Of a stretch of 64,000 bases of DNA, positions 32,170 through 40,960 are shown in pieces. The notes beneath the pieces were generated by a model that did not search any database, was not told where the DNA came from, and saw only the letters and a program-made list of their open reading frames with translations. This stretch comes from a virus (lineage: Duplodnaviria > Heunggongvirae > Uroviricota > Caudoviricetes): the IMG/VR virus record IMGVR_UViG_3300028805_000044. One strand, given 5' to 3'. A program made the translations under genes and the position numbers. Within the stretch, counting starts at the first letter, position 1, and each line of letters opens with the position of its first letter.

Positions 32170-32619
32170 GTGCACAAGAAACTTATGGTTAATGTAAAAA
32201 TTAAGCGTACTATTGAGCCAACTCCTATGTGGCCTAAGTATGAGACTCCACAAAGTGCTGGAGCCGATGTAAGAAGTAAGATCAGTACAGTTGTACCTGC
32301 TCATGGGAGAGTACTTGTCCCAACGGGAATGTTTGTTGCTATTCCAGAAGGTTATGAAATTCAGGTAAGACCTCGTTCTGGACTTGCTCTAAAGAAAGGA
32401 ATTACGGTACTTAACACACCTGGTACCATAGATGCTGATTATAGAAAAGAAATAGGAGTGATTCTATTTAATACTTCTGACGAGGATTTCCCTATAGAAA
32501 TGGGAGATAGAATAGCTCAGATAGTACTTAATAAAGTAGAACAAATTAATTGGGTAGAAGTAGATGAATTAGACGAAACAGCTAGAACAAATGGCTTCGG
32601 ACATACCGGAGTAAAATAA
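32170..32619 (+). CDS. dut: dUTP diphosphatase
   Basis: All five dUTPase motifs: [27 protein letters not shown] and C-terminal TNGFGHTG. Confidence 0.85.
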   Translation: MHKKLMVNVKIKRTIEPTPMWPKYETPQSAGADVRSKISTVVPAHGRVLVPTGMFVAIPEGYEIQVRPRSGLALKKGITVLNTPGTIDADYRKEIGVILFNTSDEDFPIEMGDRIAQIVLNKVEQINWVEVDELDETARTNGFGHTGVK

Positions 32620-32960
32620 ACCTATTTAAATACTACAATTATGAAAAAGTTTCAAGAATTAATTTCGGATAATACAAGTGCTTCTTTGAAGCGCCGTGCT
32701 GCTCAAATTTCAACAAGTGCTGAAATTGCACAACAAAACTTAGTTAATGCTCTTAAACAAGAAAAGACTAATATTGAATTAAAGATTGCTGGTCTTACCG
32801 ATCTTTCCCCAGATTCAACTGATTCTTTACGTCCTGGTTCAAAGGATTGGGATGCAGTAGAATGGGTAAAGAATTTACAAAATGCTAAACAAGAACTTTA
32901 CCAAGTTAATATTCAGTTAAAACTTGCTCAAGAGACCTTTGATGAATACTTTACCGAAGG

Positions 32961-33389
32961 ATGATTGCTGTTTCATGTAAAGAAGAACTTATAACTGAAC
33001 GTTATAATGATCTTCGTTCGAGAATGGCTCCCGATGCTCACTTTGCTATATTTAACATAAGTAGTTGGATGGAGCCTTGGGGTTTTGGAAGAGAGCATAA
33101 AGGAATTGCTACCAAGATCTATAATGAAGCATTAGAAGCTCTCGGATGGGATACTGTGACAAGTATCTCTGATGATGAATATGCAGACTATATAATTATA
33201 GCTCTTAAATCCCAGAATGAAATAGGAATTGTATATATAGCAGAAGATAATTCAATACTTAAGGAGTATACAGAAGATCTTCTTAATTATATATCAGTAA
33301 GAAAGGTTCCTGTAGTATATGTACCTAAAATTCCAGAACCAAAGAAACCAGATAATCTTGTAATCAACAAATTGAATCTATTTAAATGA
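32961..33389 (+). CDS. hypothetical protein
   Basis: 142-aa ORF. Confidence 0.35.
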   Translation: MIAVSCKEELITERYNDLRSRMAPDAHFAIFNISSWMEPWGFGREHKGIATKIYNEALEALGWDTVTSISDDEYADYIIIALKSQNEIGIVYIAEDNSILKEYTEDLLNYISVRKVPVVYVPKIPEPKKPDNLVINKLNLFK

Positions 33390-34014
33390 ATACAAACGAA
33401 TTTATAAGCTATATTAAAGACTATATAGAAGGAATTGAATTTCTAAAAAATATGTATGATGTTGGTCTAGATTTCTATGAGACCCCTCTATGTAAAAGTG
33501 CAGACTCAATATTTCAAGCTTGGCTTGATCAAATAACTAATGAAGAGGGACAAGACCTTATTTATTGGTGGTTATTTGAAGACGTGGATAAAGTAATAAC
33601 AGAAGATGGAAAGGAGATTAATGTAGAAGATATTGAAGAATTTGCTAAATATTTAAAAGAGCATGGATATTTCTAAACTAAAAGAGTTACATTCACAAAT
33701 TTTAGAGTTAAAAAAGAAAGCAGAAGCTACTGATTCTAAAAGAGAAACTCGTTTAATAGAAAGAGAAATTAATACTGTAGAATTAGATTTCTATGATGAG
33801 TTATATAAGCTCATTGATGAAATTCCAGACAAGATTGAACTTAGAATTAAAGTTGATAAAGTTGTATCTTTCGAAACTTATGATTTCACATCTTGGATTG
33901 AAAATGATCTTTTAGAAAGAGAAAGTCTTGATAATCTTAATATAATAGAGGAATTAAAAATTGCAATTGATGAAGATTTTGATCCTTTGTATGAGATTGA
34001 TAATAATGATGTAA

Positions 34015-34524
34015 GTGTTGAATTTAAAGATGATAGATATAAGTAGACTTTTCGTGAACCTTGATGTGGTCCTCTCTAAGAGGACTACACTTGGTCAAAT
34101 TCTCGCTCCATACGAGATAAATAATATAGTATCTAGAGCAAAAAAGAATAATTGGTCAGACGAAGCAATTATTGGATATGTATATAGATATTTAAAGGAA
34201 AATATATCTGATCTTGTAGATAATTCTGACTTCCTAGATGCCAATGTTATAGTAGAGTCTGATCCAGATATAACTAAGGCAATGCAATTAATGGATCAAT
34301 CTCAGCAAGATGCAGAGAAACTTATCCTTGATAAAGAGTATAAGTATCCTGGATGCTGGGTAACTGATATTGCCAATGCTCTTAAAAAGTTAGAATGTCC
34401 AGAGTATTCTAGAGAACCTCTTATATGGGATGCTTACTATAATACTAACTGGGAAAGCAATGCTGATATTCCTGGATGGGCTAATCTAGCAGAGACTCTT
34501 GAAAATTATTACAATACATTATGA
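34015..34524 (+). CDS. hypothetical protein
   Basis: 169-aa ORF. Confidence 0.35.
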   Translation: MLNLKMIDISRLFVNLDVVLSKRTTLGQILAPYEINNIVSRAKKNNWSDEAIIGYVYRYLKENISDLVDNSDFLDANVIVESDPDITKAMQLMDQSQQDAEKLILDKEYKYPGCWVTDIANALKKLECPEYSREPLIWDAYYNTNWESNADIPGWANLAETLENYYNTL

Positions 34525-35729
34525 CCTTAGTAACTAGAGATAGTAAAGGAAAAATAAGAGTCGTAGATCTCTGGTCTGAATATGACGAGGAATCCTATAC
34601 TATATGTAGAGAAACTTATCAGTTAGGGGGTAAACATACTAGACAGCCAGATATCTATATAGAAGAGGGAAAGGCTGGACGTAACTTTATAGCTCAAGGA
34701 GAATTGCAGTTTATGTCCAAGCTAAAAGAGTATAAAGATAAAGGCTACAAAGAATTAGAAAAGAAACTTGAAGAATATACAGAACAGGAACTTAATGAAA
34801 TAGTTGGAGAAGATATAACTAATCAGCATGGTGTACTTAAGCCTATGTTAGCTAAGCAAGCTGATAAAGTATCTCAGAAAGCTATAGACAAGGTTCCTTA
34901 TTGGTATGCAAGTAGAAAAATAGATGGAGTGCGCTGTTCTTTCTACTATGATGGTAAGGAAATACATACTTCTAGTAGGGGAGGAGAGCATTATGACTTT
35001 GCTTGTTATCATTTTATAAATAATGAAAAACTTAATTTATTCTTCCAACGGCATCCTGGAGTAGTGCTAGACGGTGAATTATATAAACACGGACGAAGTC
35101 TTCAACAAATCTCAGGTGCTGCACGTCTTGAGAAAAATGCTGTCGACTGTGATTGGTTAGAATATTACATATATGATGTCGTAGACACTACTAGAACGTT
35201 TGAAGAACGACTCAAGATACTAGCTGCAATTAAACACGAACTAGGACTAGGTTTTAACCCAGAAAGAGAATGGGAAAAAGGAGAACTACAATTCCAAATG
35301 GTTCCACAGCAGAAGGTGTCGGGTTACAAGAATATAAATATACTTCACGATATTTATGTATCAGAAGGATGGGAAGGTGTCGTAATACGAGACCCATCTA
35401 AAGTGTATAGACCTAATGGGCGTACTAATGATATGATAAAGATTAAGAAGTATAAGGATGCCGAATTTATAGTCATAGATTATGAATTAGGACTTAGAGG
35501 TACAGAGGATATGACATTTACTTGTACCACTCCTGCAGGTCTAGAATTCAAAGCTAAGCCTTGGGGAGATAGAGCAATTAAAGAGGAATATGTTCGAAAC
35601 TTTAAGACTAAATATCAATATAAAATGGCTAAGATTAAATTCTTTTATTACTCTAATGGAAATGATGAGAAGACTGGAGTACCCCTGCAACCTTCTTTGA
35701 TATGCTTTAGAGATAAATCTGATATGTAA
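34521..35729 (+). CDS. ATP-dependent DNA ligase
   Basis: Motif I RKIDGVR, motif IV EGVVIRD, motif V MIKIKK. Confidence 0.8.
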   Translation: MTLVTRDSKGKIRVVDLWSEYDEESYTICRETYQLGGKHTRQPDIYIEEGKAGRNFIAQGELQFMSKLKEYKDKGYKELEKKLEEYTEQELNEIVGEDITNQHGVLKPMLAKQADKVSQKAIDKVPYWYASRKIDGVRCSFYYDGKEIHTSSRGGEHYDFACYHFINNEKLNLFFQRHPGVVLDGELYKHGRSLQQISGAARLEKNAVDCDWLEYYIYDVVDTTRTFEERLKILAAIKHELGLGFNPEREWEKGELQFQMVPQQKVSGYKNINILHDIYVSEGWEGVVIRDPSKVYRPNGRTNDMIKIKKYKDAEFIVIDYELGLRGTEDMTFTCTTPAGLEFKAKPWGDRAIKEEYVRNFKTKYQYKMAKIKFFYYSNGNDEKTGVPLQPSLICFRDKSDM

Positions 35730-35730
35730 T

Positions 35731-36012
35731 ATGCAAATACCATCGTATTTTAAGATTGGAGGACAAGAGTATAATGTAGAAATAGTAGATAAATTAGATG
35801 ATGACATATATGGTGATTATAGCTATACTCCTGCTAAGATAAGAATAGCAGAAACAACTGCTGGAGAAATAATACCTCAAAAACAAAGAGAAGCTACATT
35901 TTGGCATGAATTATTTCATGCTTTTCAGTATATGTTTGATTGTACTACAGATGAAGCACAAGTTCAATGCTTTTCCAATTTTATGATGGAATTCTTAGAA
36001 TCTAAGAAATGA
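35731..36012 (+). CDS. small HExxH-motif protein (putative metallopeptidase-like)
   Basis: Contains WHELFHAF. Confidence 0.35.
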   Translation: MQIPSYFKIGGQEYNVEIVDKLDDDIYGDYSYTPAKIRIAETTAGEIIPQKQREATFWHELFHAFQYMFDCTTDEAQVQCFSNFMMEFLESKK

Positions 36013-37406
36013 AGCTACAAATAAGTAAAAACGCTAATATAAACTACCTATCTAAAGTGGTAGATATTCAGGAATTTGTAAAGCATCCTGATCCTAAAGT
36101 AGAAAGAATAAAGTGTGCTGTAGTAGATGGATTTATAATTACTGTGGGAATAGATAGTGAGCCTGGACTGTATATATATTTTCCAGTGTTGTCTCAGATA
36201 AATCCACAACTATTACAATATCTTAATTTATATAGAAATAAAGAAAAAAATAAAGATCCAGAGAAAACTGGATACTTTGAAGATAAGGGTATTGTTAAGG
36301 CTATTAATTTAAGAGGAGTAAAGTCTGAGGGATTTTTAATGCCCATGTCAGATCTACAGAACTTTATAGTAGATTCCGTAAATGCAGAATTAAAAGATAT
36401 TACTCCTAACACGGAATTTGATGAGGTTGAACATAATGGTAAAACCTTCTGGATTTCTAAGAAATATATAGCTCCTGTTCAGAAACTTCCCGGAACCTCA
36501 AGTTCTCCTAAGGAGAGAAAGAAAAAGAAAGGACTTGATAAAATTATTGATGAACAATTCCGATTCCATTATGATACAACCCTTATCAAAAAGTGTCCTC
36601 ACGTTATCAAGCCTGATGATATTATCCATATATCTTCTAAGTGGCATGGTACGTCTGGTATATCTGCTTATGTGCTATGTCATAGAAAGCTTAATTGGAA
36701 AGAAAAGATTGCTAAGTGGCTCACAAAGAATCCTTTTGATACATATGATTATATCTATTCGTCTCGCACTGTTATAAAAAACAGATATTATAATCAAGGA
36801 GTAACAGACGGTTATTATGGATGTGACGTATGGAAGTATGCTGATGATTTCATAAAGCCTTTCCTTATTAAAGGTATGACTATTTATTATGAGATAGTAG
36901 GTTATCTTCCAAATGGAGGTTGGATCCAAAAGAATTATGACTATGGATGTGAACCTCCTACTCAAGTTACAGATCCAGCTACAGGAGAAACCGTAGTACA
37001 ATATAAGCAAGGAAAGCATTTTAAAGTACTTGTATATCGTATTACTCTTACTAATGTAGATGGACAAGTACATGAGTTCTCTGCACACGAAGTACAAACT
37101 TGGTGTAGAAATAGAAGTTTACTTTGTGCTCTTGAATATTACTATGGATATGCTTGTGACTTATATTCAGATATTCCTAGGGACGAACATTGGAATGAGA
37201 ACTTCTTACAAAGATTAGCAAATGATAAAGGCTTTAATATGGAGCAGAATTCTCCAGAATGTAATAATCCAGTTCCACATGAAGGTCTTGTTATCAAGAT
37301 AGAGAATATGAAGAGTGAAGCTTTCAAATTGAAATGTTTCAAATTCTTAGGTTTAGAACAAGATGCAGCCCTTGCTGGTGAAGCAAATATTGAGGACAAC
37401 TCGTGA
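36009..37406 (+). CDS. RNA ligase (Rnl2-like nucleotidyltransferase) with N-terminal extension
   Basis: Motif I SKWHGTS, motif IV EGLVIKIE, motif V FKLKCFK. Confidence 0.6.
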   Translation: MKLQISKNANINYLSKVVDIQEFVKHPDPKVERIKCAVVDGFIITVGIDSEPGLYIYFPVLSQINPQLLQYLNLYRNKEKNKDPEKTGYFEDKGIVKAINLRGVKSEGFLMPMSDLQNFIVDSVNAELKDITPNTEFDEVEHNGKTFWISKKYIAPVQKLPGTSSSPKERKKKKGLDKIIDEQFRFHYDTTLIKKCPHVIKPDDIIHISSKWHGTSGISAYVLCHRKLNWKEKIAKWLTKNPFDTYDYIYSSRTVIKNRYYNQGVTDGYYGCDVWKYADDFIKPFLIKGMTIYYEIVGYLPNGGWIQKNYDYGCEPPTQVTDPATGETVVQYKQGKHFKVLVYRITLTNVDGQVHEFSAHEVQTWCRNRSLLCALEYYYGYACDLYSDIPRDEHWNENFLQRLANDKGFNMEQNSPECNNPVPHEGLVIKIENMKSEAFKLKCFKFLGLEQDAALAGEANIEDNS

Positions 37407-38248
37407 AAGCATTTACAATTAAACAAAGTATAACTAATAGAGATAGAGATTCAGTAAATCTTTATCTTAAGGATATTAGTCATATTAAAATGCTGACAGC
37501 TGAAGAGGAAAAGGAAATAGCTATAAAAGCAAAGGAAGGTGATAAAAGAGCCAAGGACAGACTTATCTCTGCTAATACAAGATTTGTAGTTTCTGTAGCT
37601 AAACAATATCAAGGACAAGGTCTTGATCTTGAAGACTTAATAGCAGAAGGAAATATAGGTCTTATTAAAGCAGCAGAAAAGTTTGATCCAGACAAAGGCT
37701 TTAAGTTCATCTCTTATGCAGTTTGGTGGATTAGACAGTCTATTTTACAAGCTCTTTCTGATAAGTCTAGAACTATTAGACTTCCTCTTAATCAAGTTAC
37801 CTTATTAAATAAGATACGTAAGGCTACAGCAGAATTTGCAGGTAAAAATGAAAGAGATCCTTCTCTTAAAGAATTGGAAGAAATTACAGGTATACCTTCT
37901 GATAAAGTCTATGCAATTCTAAATATGTCTGCTAAACTTATATCTGTTGATTCTCCATTTAAAGATGAAGAAGAAGGTACTTATATTGATATAATTCCAA
38001 ATCAAAATAGTCCAAAAGCTGATGCTGGACTTATGAAAGAGTCTAAAGAGGTAGCTATTGCTAAAGTACTATCCCCTCTCGGTCCACGTTCTCATGATAT
38101 AATAAGAATGTATTTCGGACTTGGAACAAGAGAAATGACTCTTACAGAAATTAGTGAAAAGTTTGGAGTTACTAGTGAGAGAATAAGACAAATAAAAGAG
38201 AAGGCTTTAGATATTATAAAGGATAATGTAAGAATGTATCTTAAATAA
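37403..38248 (+). CDS. sigma-70 family RNA polymerase sigma factor (sigma-A-like, 281 aa)
   Basis: Region 2 DLIAEGNIGLIKAAEKFDP...FISYAVWWIRQSI and region 4.2 LTEISEKFGVTSERIRQIKEKAL. Confidence 0.8.
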   Translation: MKAFTIKQSITNRDRDSVNLYLKDISHIKMLTAEEEKEIAIKAKEGDKRAKDRLISANTRFVVSVAKQYQGQGLDLEDLIAEGNIGLIKAAEKFDPDKGFKFISYAVWWIRQSILQALSDKSRTIRLPLNQVTLLNKIRKATAEFAGKNERDPSLKELEEITGIPSDKVYAILNMSAKLISVDSPFKDEEEGTYIDIIPNQNSPKADAGLMKESKEVAIAKVLSPLGPRSHDIIRMYFGLGTREMTLTEISEKFGVTSERIRQIKEKALDIIKDNVRMYLK

Positions 38249-38251
38249 AAT

Positions 38252-38599
38252 TTGAAGTATATGATAAAACAATGGTTAATAACTGCTGAAGCTCCATTAT
38301 GTGGGACAGAAACACATTACATCGCTTATTCTAAGGAAGATCCATTAAACCAATCTGAAGTGGAAGAAGGAATAATTCAAGATTTATGGGATAATTATTC
38401 TTATCTTTTACATATAGATGATGAAGAGTTTGACTCTGAGGAAGAAAGAGATGAAGCATGGGATCAAGCCTGGGAAGATTGGAGATGTGATTGTAATATT
38501 TATGCAGAAGAAGCAACTGATGAAGAGATAGAAATGAATGCTCCAGGAGGAGATGTTAATTGTTTGGAAATTGTTTACGACGAAAGAAATGAAGAGTAA
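38252..38599 (+). CDS. highly acidic small protein (DNA-mimic or anti-sigma candidate)
   Basis: 115 aa, very Asp/Glu rich (DDEEFDSEEERDEAWDQAWEDW). Confidence 0.4.
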   Translation: MKYMIKQWLITAEAPLCGTETHYIAYSKEDPLNQSEVEEGIIQDLWDNYSYLLHIDDEEFDSEEERDEAWDQAWEDWRCDCNIYAEEATDEEIEMNAPGGDVNCLEIVYDERNEE

Positions 38600-39269
38600 T
38601 TTTATTCATGTTTGTTTTATTATTGATGAAAGTTCATCAATGTGGACATCTGTTACGGATGTAAAAGAAGGATTTCAGAAAATTATAGAAGAACAAAAAG
38701 CTAATAAAGAAGGAACTTGTGCTATCTCTATATTTAGATTTGCTACTACTCCAAAAGAAGCAGACTTTGTAATGAAGGATATAAGAGAAGTAGAAGACGC
38801 TCTTAATTATAATCCATCTGGATGTACAGCAATGTATGATGGAATAGGTAAGGCTATAGATGAAATAGGTGAAAGACTTGCTGCTATGCCTGAAGAAGAA
38901 CGTCCTGAGAAGAACCTTATTGTTATTATGACAGACGGAGAAGAAAATTCTTCACATAATTACCAACCATCTAAGGTTCGTGAAATGATTAAACATCAGG
39001 AAGACAAATATTCTTGGACATTCCTTTATATAGGAACTGATATCTCTAATACTAGAGATGCAGATAGAGTTGGAGTAGGATATAAGTTTGCTACTACTCG
39101 TGGTAAGATGTATAAAGGTTATGATACTATTAATAGTGTTGTATCTTGTTATAGAAATACTTTAGGAAATGCACATACTAAGGGTGTTGCAATGTTTAAT
39201 GCTTTAGAAGCTGAGATTACTACTAATAATGCAGAATATTTAGCTGATACTGGTGTAAAGATTGACTAA
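38538..39269 (+). CDS. von Willebrand factor A (vWA) domain protein
   Basis: MIDAS motif IIDESSSM and a later VIMTDGEEN segment. Confidence 0.65.
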   Translation: MLQEEMLIVWKLFTTKEMKSNFIHVCFIIDESSSMWTSVTDVKEGFQKIIEEQKANKEGTCAISIFRFATTPKEADFVMKDIREVEDALNYNPSGCTAMYDGIGKAIDEIGERLAAMPEEERPEKNLIVIMTDGEENSSHNYQPSKVREMIKHQEDKYSWTFLYIGTDISNTRDADRVGVGYKFATTRGKMYKGYDTINSVVSCYRNTLGNAHTKGVAMFNALEAEITTNNAEYLADTGVKID

Positions 39270-39597
39270 TATGAAATACTATCTAGTAACATATGATGGC
39301 AATTATGCCGATGAATTTGATGTATACTTCCATGATGTAATGTCAGAGGAAGAATTGGAAGATGCAAAAAGACTAATAGGCAAAACAGAATGGATTGAAA
39401 GAGAGTTCTGGTTTGGAACCAATGAGAATATCGATGTTAATACAGCAGAACTTATGGAATGTTTAAACGAGTCCAGGGAACTTACTGAAGAGCAACTCAA
39501 AGTTCTACAAGAATTAGGACTTACACATATAAGTTTTGGAGATGGACTCAATTGGGACCATATTATTGATGACGCTTACGATTGGGTAAATGGGTAA
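39262..39597 (+). CDS. hypothetical acidic protein
   Basis: 111-aa ORF. Confidence 0.35.
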   Translation: MTNMKYYLVTYDGNYADEFDVYFHDVMSEEELEDAKRLIGKTEWIEREFWFGTNENIDVNTAELMECLNESRELTEEQLKVLQELGLTHISFGDGLNWDHIIDDAYDWVNG

Positions 39598-40486
39598 ATT
39601 AATTTTATGTCAAGGTATACAAGGCTCAGGTAAATCTACTTGGGCCAAAGCCTGGGCTAAAGAAGACCCAGAACATAGAGTAAGATTAAACTACGATGAT
39701 CTTCGTAATATGATGGGAGAGTACTGGGTTCCTTCTAGAGAAGGAATGCTCAAAGAAATGGAACAAGCCTTTCTACTTAAAGCAACTCAAAAAGACTATG
39801 ATATTGTTATCGACAATATGAATCTTAATCCAAAGACTATAGCTAAATATGAAGAATGGGCCGCACAGAATAACTATGAGATTCAGAAGGTACTATTTGA
39901 CACTCCAGTGGATGAGTGTATTCGGAGGGATCATTTACGTGAAAATCCTATTGGAGAAGTTATAATTAAACGTACTTGGAATACTTATAGAAACTATATT
40001 ATAGGAGAAAGTATAAAGAAGATGAAAGCTAAGGAACTTAAACAGAATCCTAATCTTCCTCATTGTATTCTTGTAGATATGGATGCTACTTTATTCTTAA
40101 ATACAAATGGAAGACCTTTCTATGGTGATGATTTAGAACCTACTGATATTCTAAAGGATGAACCTATATTATCGACTATTACTTTGGTTAAGGCTTACCA
40201 AAATACTGGCAATTTGGTTATTGGTCTTAGTGGAAGAGAAGATAAACCACAAATACGAGCTTGTACAATTAAACAATGTGAGAATCAGGGTATACATTTA
40301 GATGCTTTAATTCTTAGACCTATGGGCTCTCGCAAGAGAGGTGATGCTTCTAAGAAGGAACTCTTTGAAGAGCATATAAAAGGTAAGTATTATGTAGACT
40401 TTGTACTTGATGACTCTACTAAAGTAGTTAAGATGTATAGAGATCTAGGTCTTACTTGTTTACAACCAAATGATGGAAAATTCTAA
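39590..40486 (+). CDS. polynucleotide 5'-kinase/3'-phosphatase (T4 PseT-like)
   Basis: N-terminal kinase P-loop GIQGSGKST and C-terminal HAD phosphatase motif LVDMDATLF. Confidence 0.65.
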   Translation: MGKLILCQGIQGSGKSTWAKAWAKEDPEHRVRLNYDDLRNMMGEYWVPSREGMLKEMEQAFLLKATQKDYDIVIDNMNLNPKTIAKYEEWAAQNNYEIQKVLFDTPVDECIRRDHLRENPIGEVIIKRTWNTYRNYIIGESIKKMKAKELKQNPNLPHCILVDMDATLFLNTNGRPFYGDDLEPTDILKDEPILSTITLVKAYQNTGNLVIGLSGREDKPQIRACTIKQCENQGIHLDALILRPMGSRKRGDASKKELFEEHIKGKYYVDFVLDDSTKVVKMYRDLGLTCLQPNDGKF

Positions 40487-40591
40487 TGAAGATGAGAAAT
40501 TGTTTTGGATGTGGATACCATAAAATGGAAAAGGACTCTAAAGGAGTACCATATCACTATTGTTCTGATAGGGATTGTAGAGTAGATCCAC

Positions 40592-40960
40592 ATGAACCTG
40601 AATGTAATTATGACTGAACAAGAATTTTTACAAAAAAGAAAACCAGTATTTGTGGATCCTGATTCTGGGCTTGCTACAATAGTTTCAAATCAAAATATAA
40701 AAGATAAAAACTTTGCAGAAATACTTTCTAATCTAAAGATTTATTGGTTAAATACTATTAGAGGTTATATATGGGAAGATCATCTAATGTTATATATAAA
40801 TGATTATGAAATTCCCAATTTTGCTATAGGCACTTGTATATATTTCTTTAATTTCTTTCCCGAAATAAAATGGATAGGACTTGGATGTAACAAGGGTTGT
40901 ATAGGAGAAATATGGCCTCCAAAGCTAAAAATCTTTAAGTGTGATATATGTAATAACTAA
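40592..40960 (+). CDS. hypothetical protein
   Basis: 122-aa ORF. Confidence 0.35.
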   Translation: MNLNVIMTEQEFLQKRKPVFVDPDSGLATIVSNQNIKDKNFAEILSNLKIYWLNTIRGYIWEDHLMLYINDYEIPNFAIGTCIYFFNFFPEIKWIGLGCNKGCIGEIWPPKLKIFKCDICNN

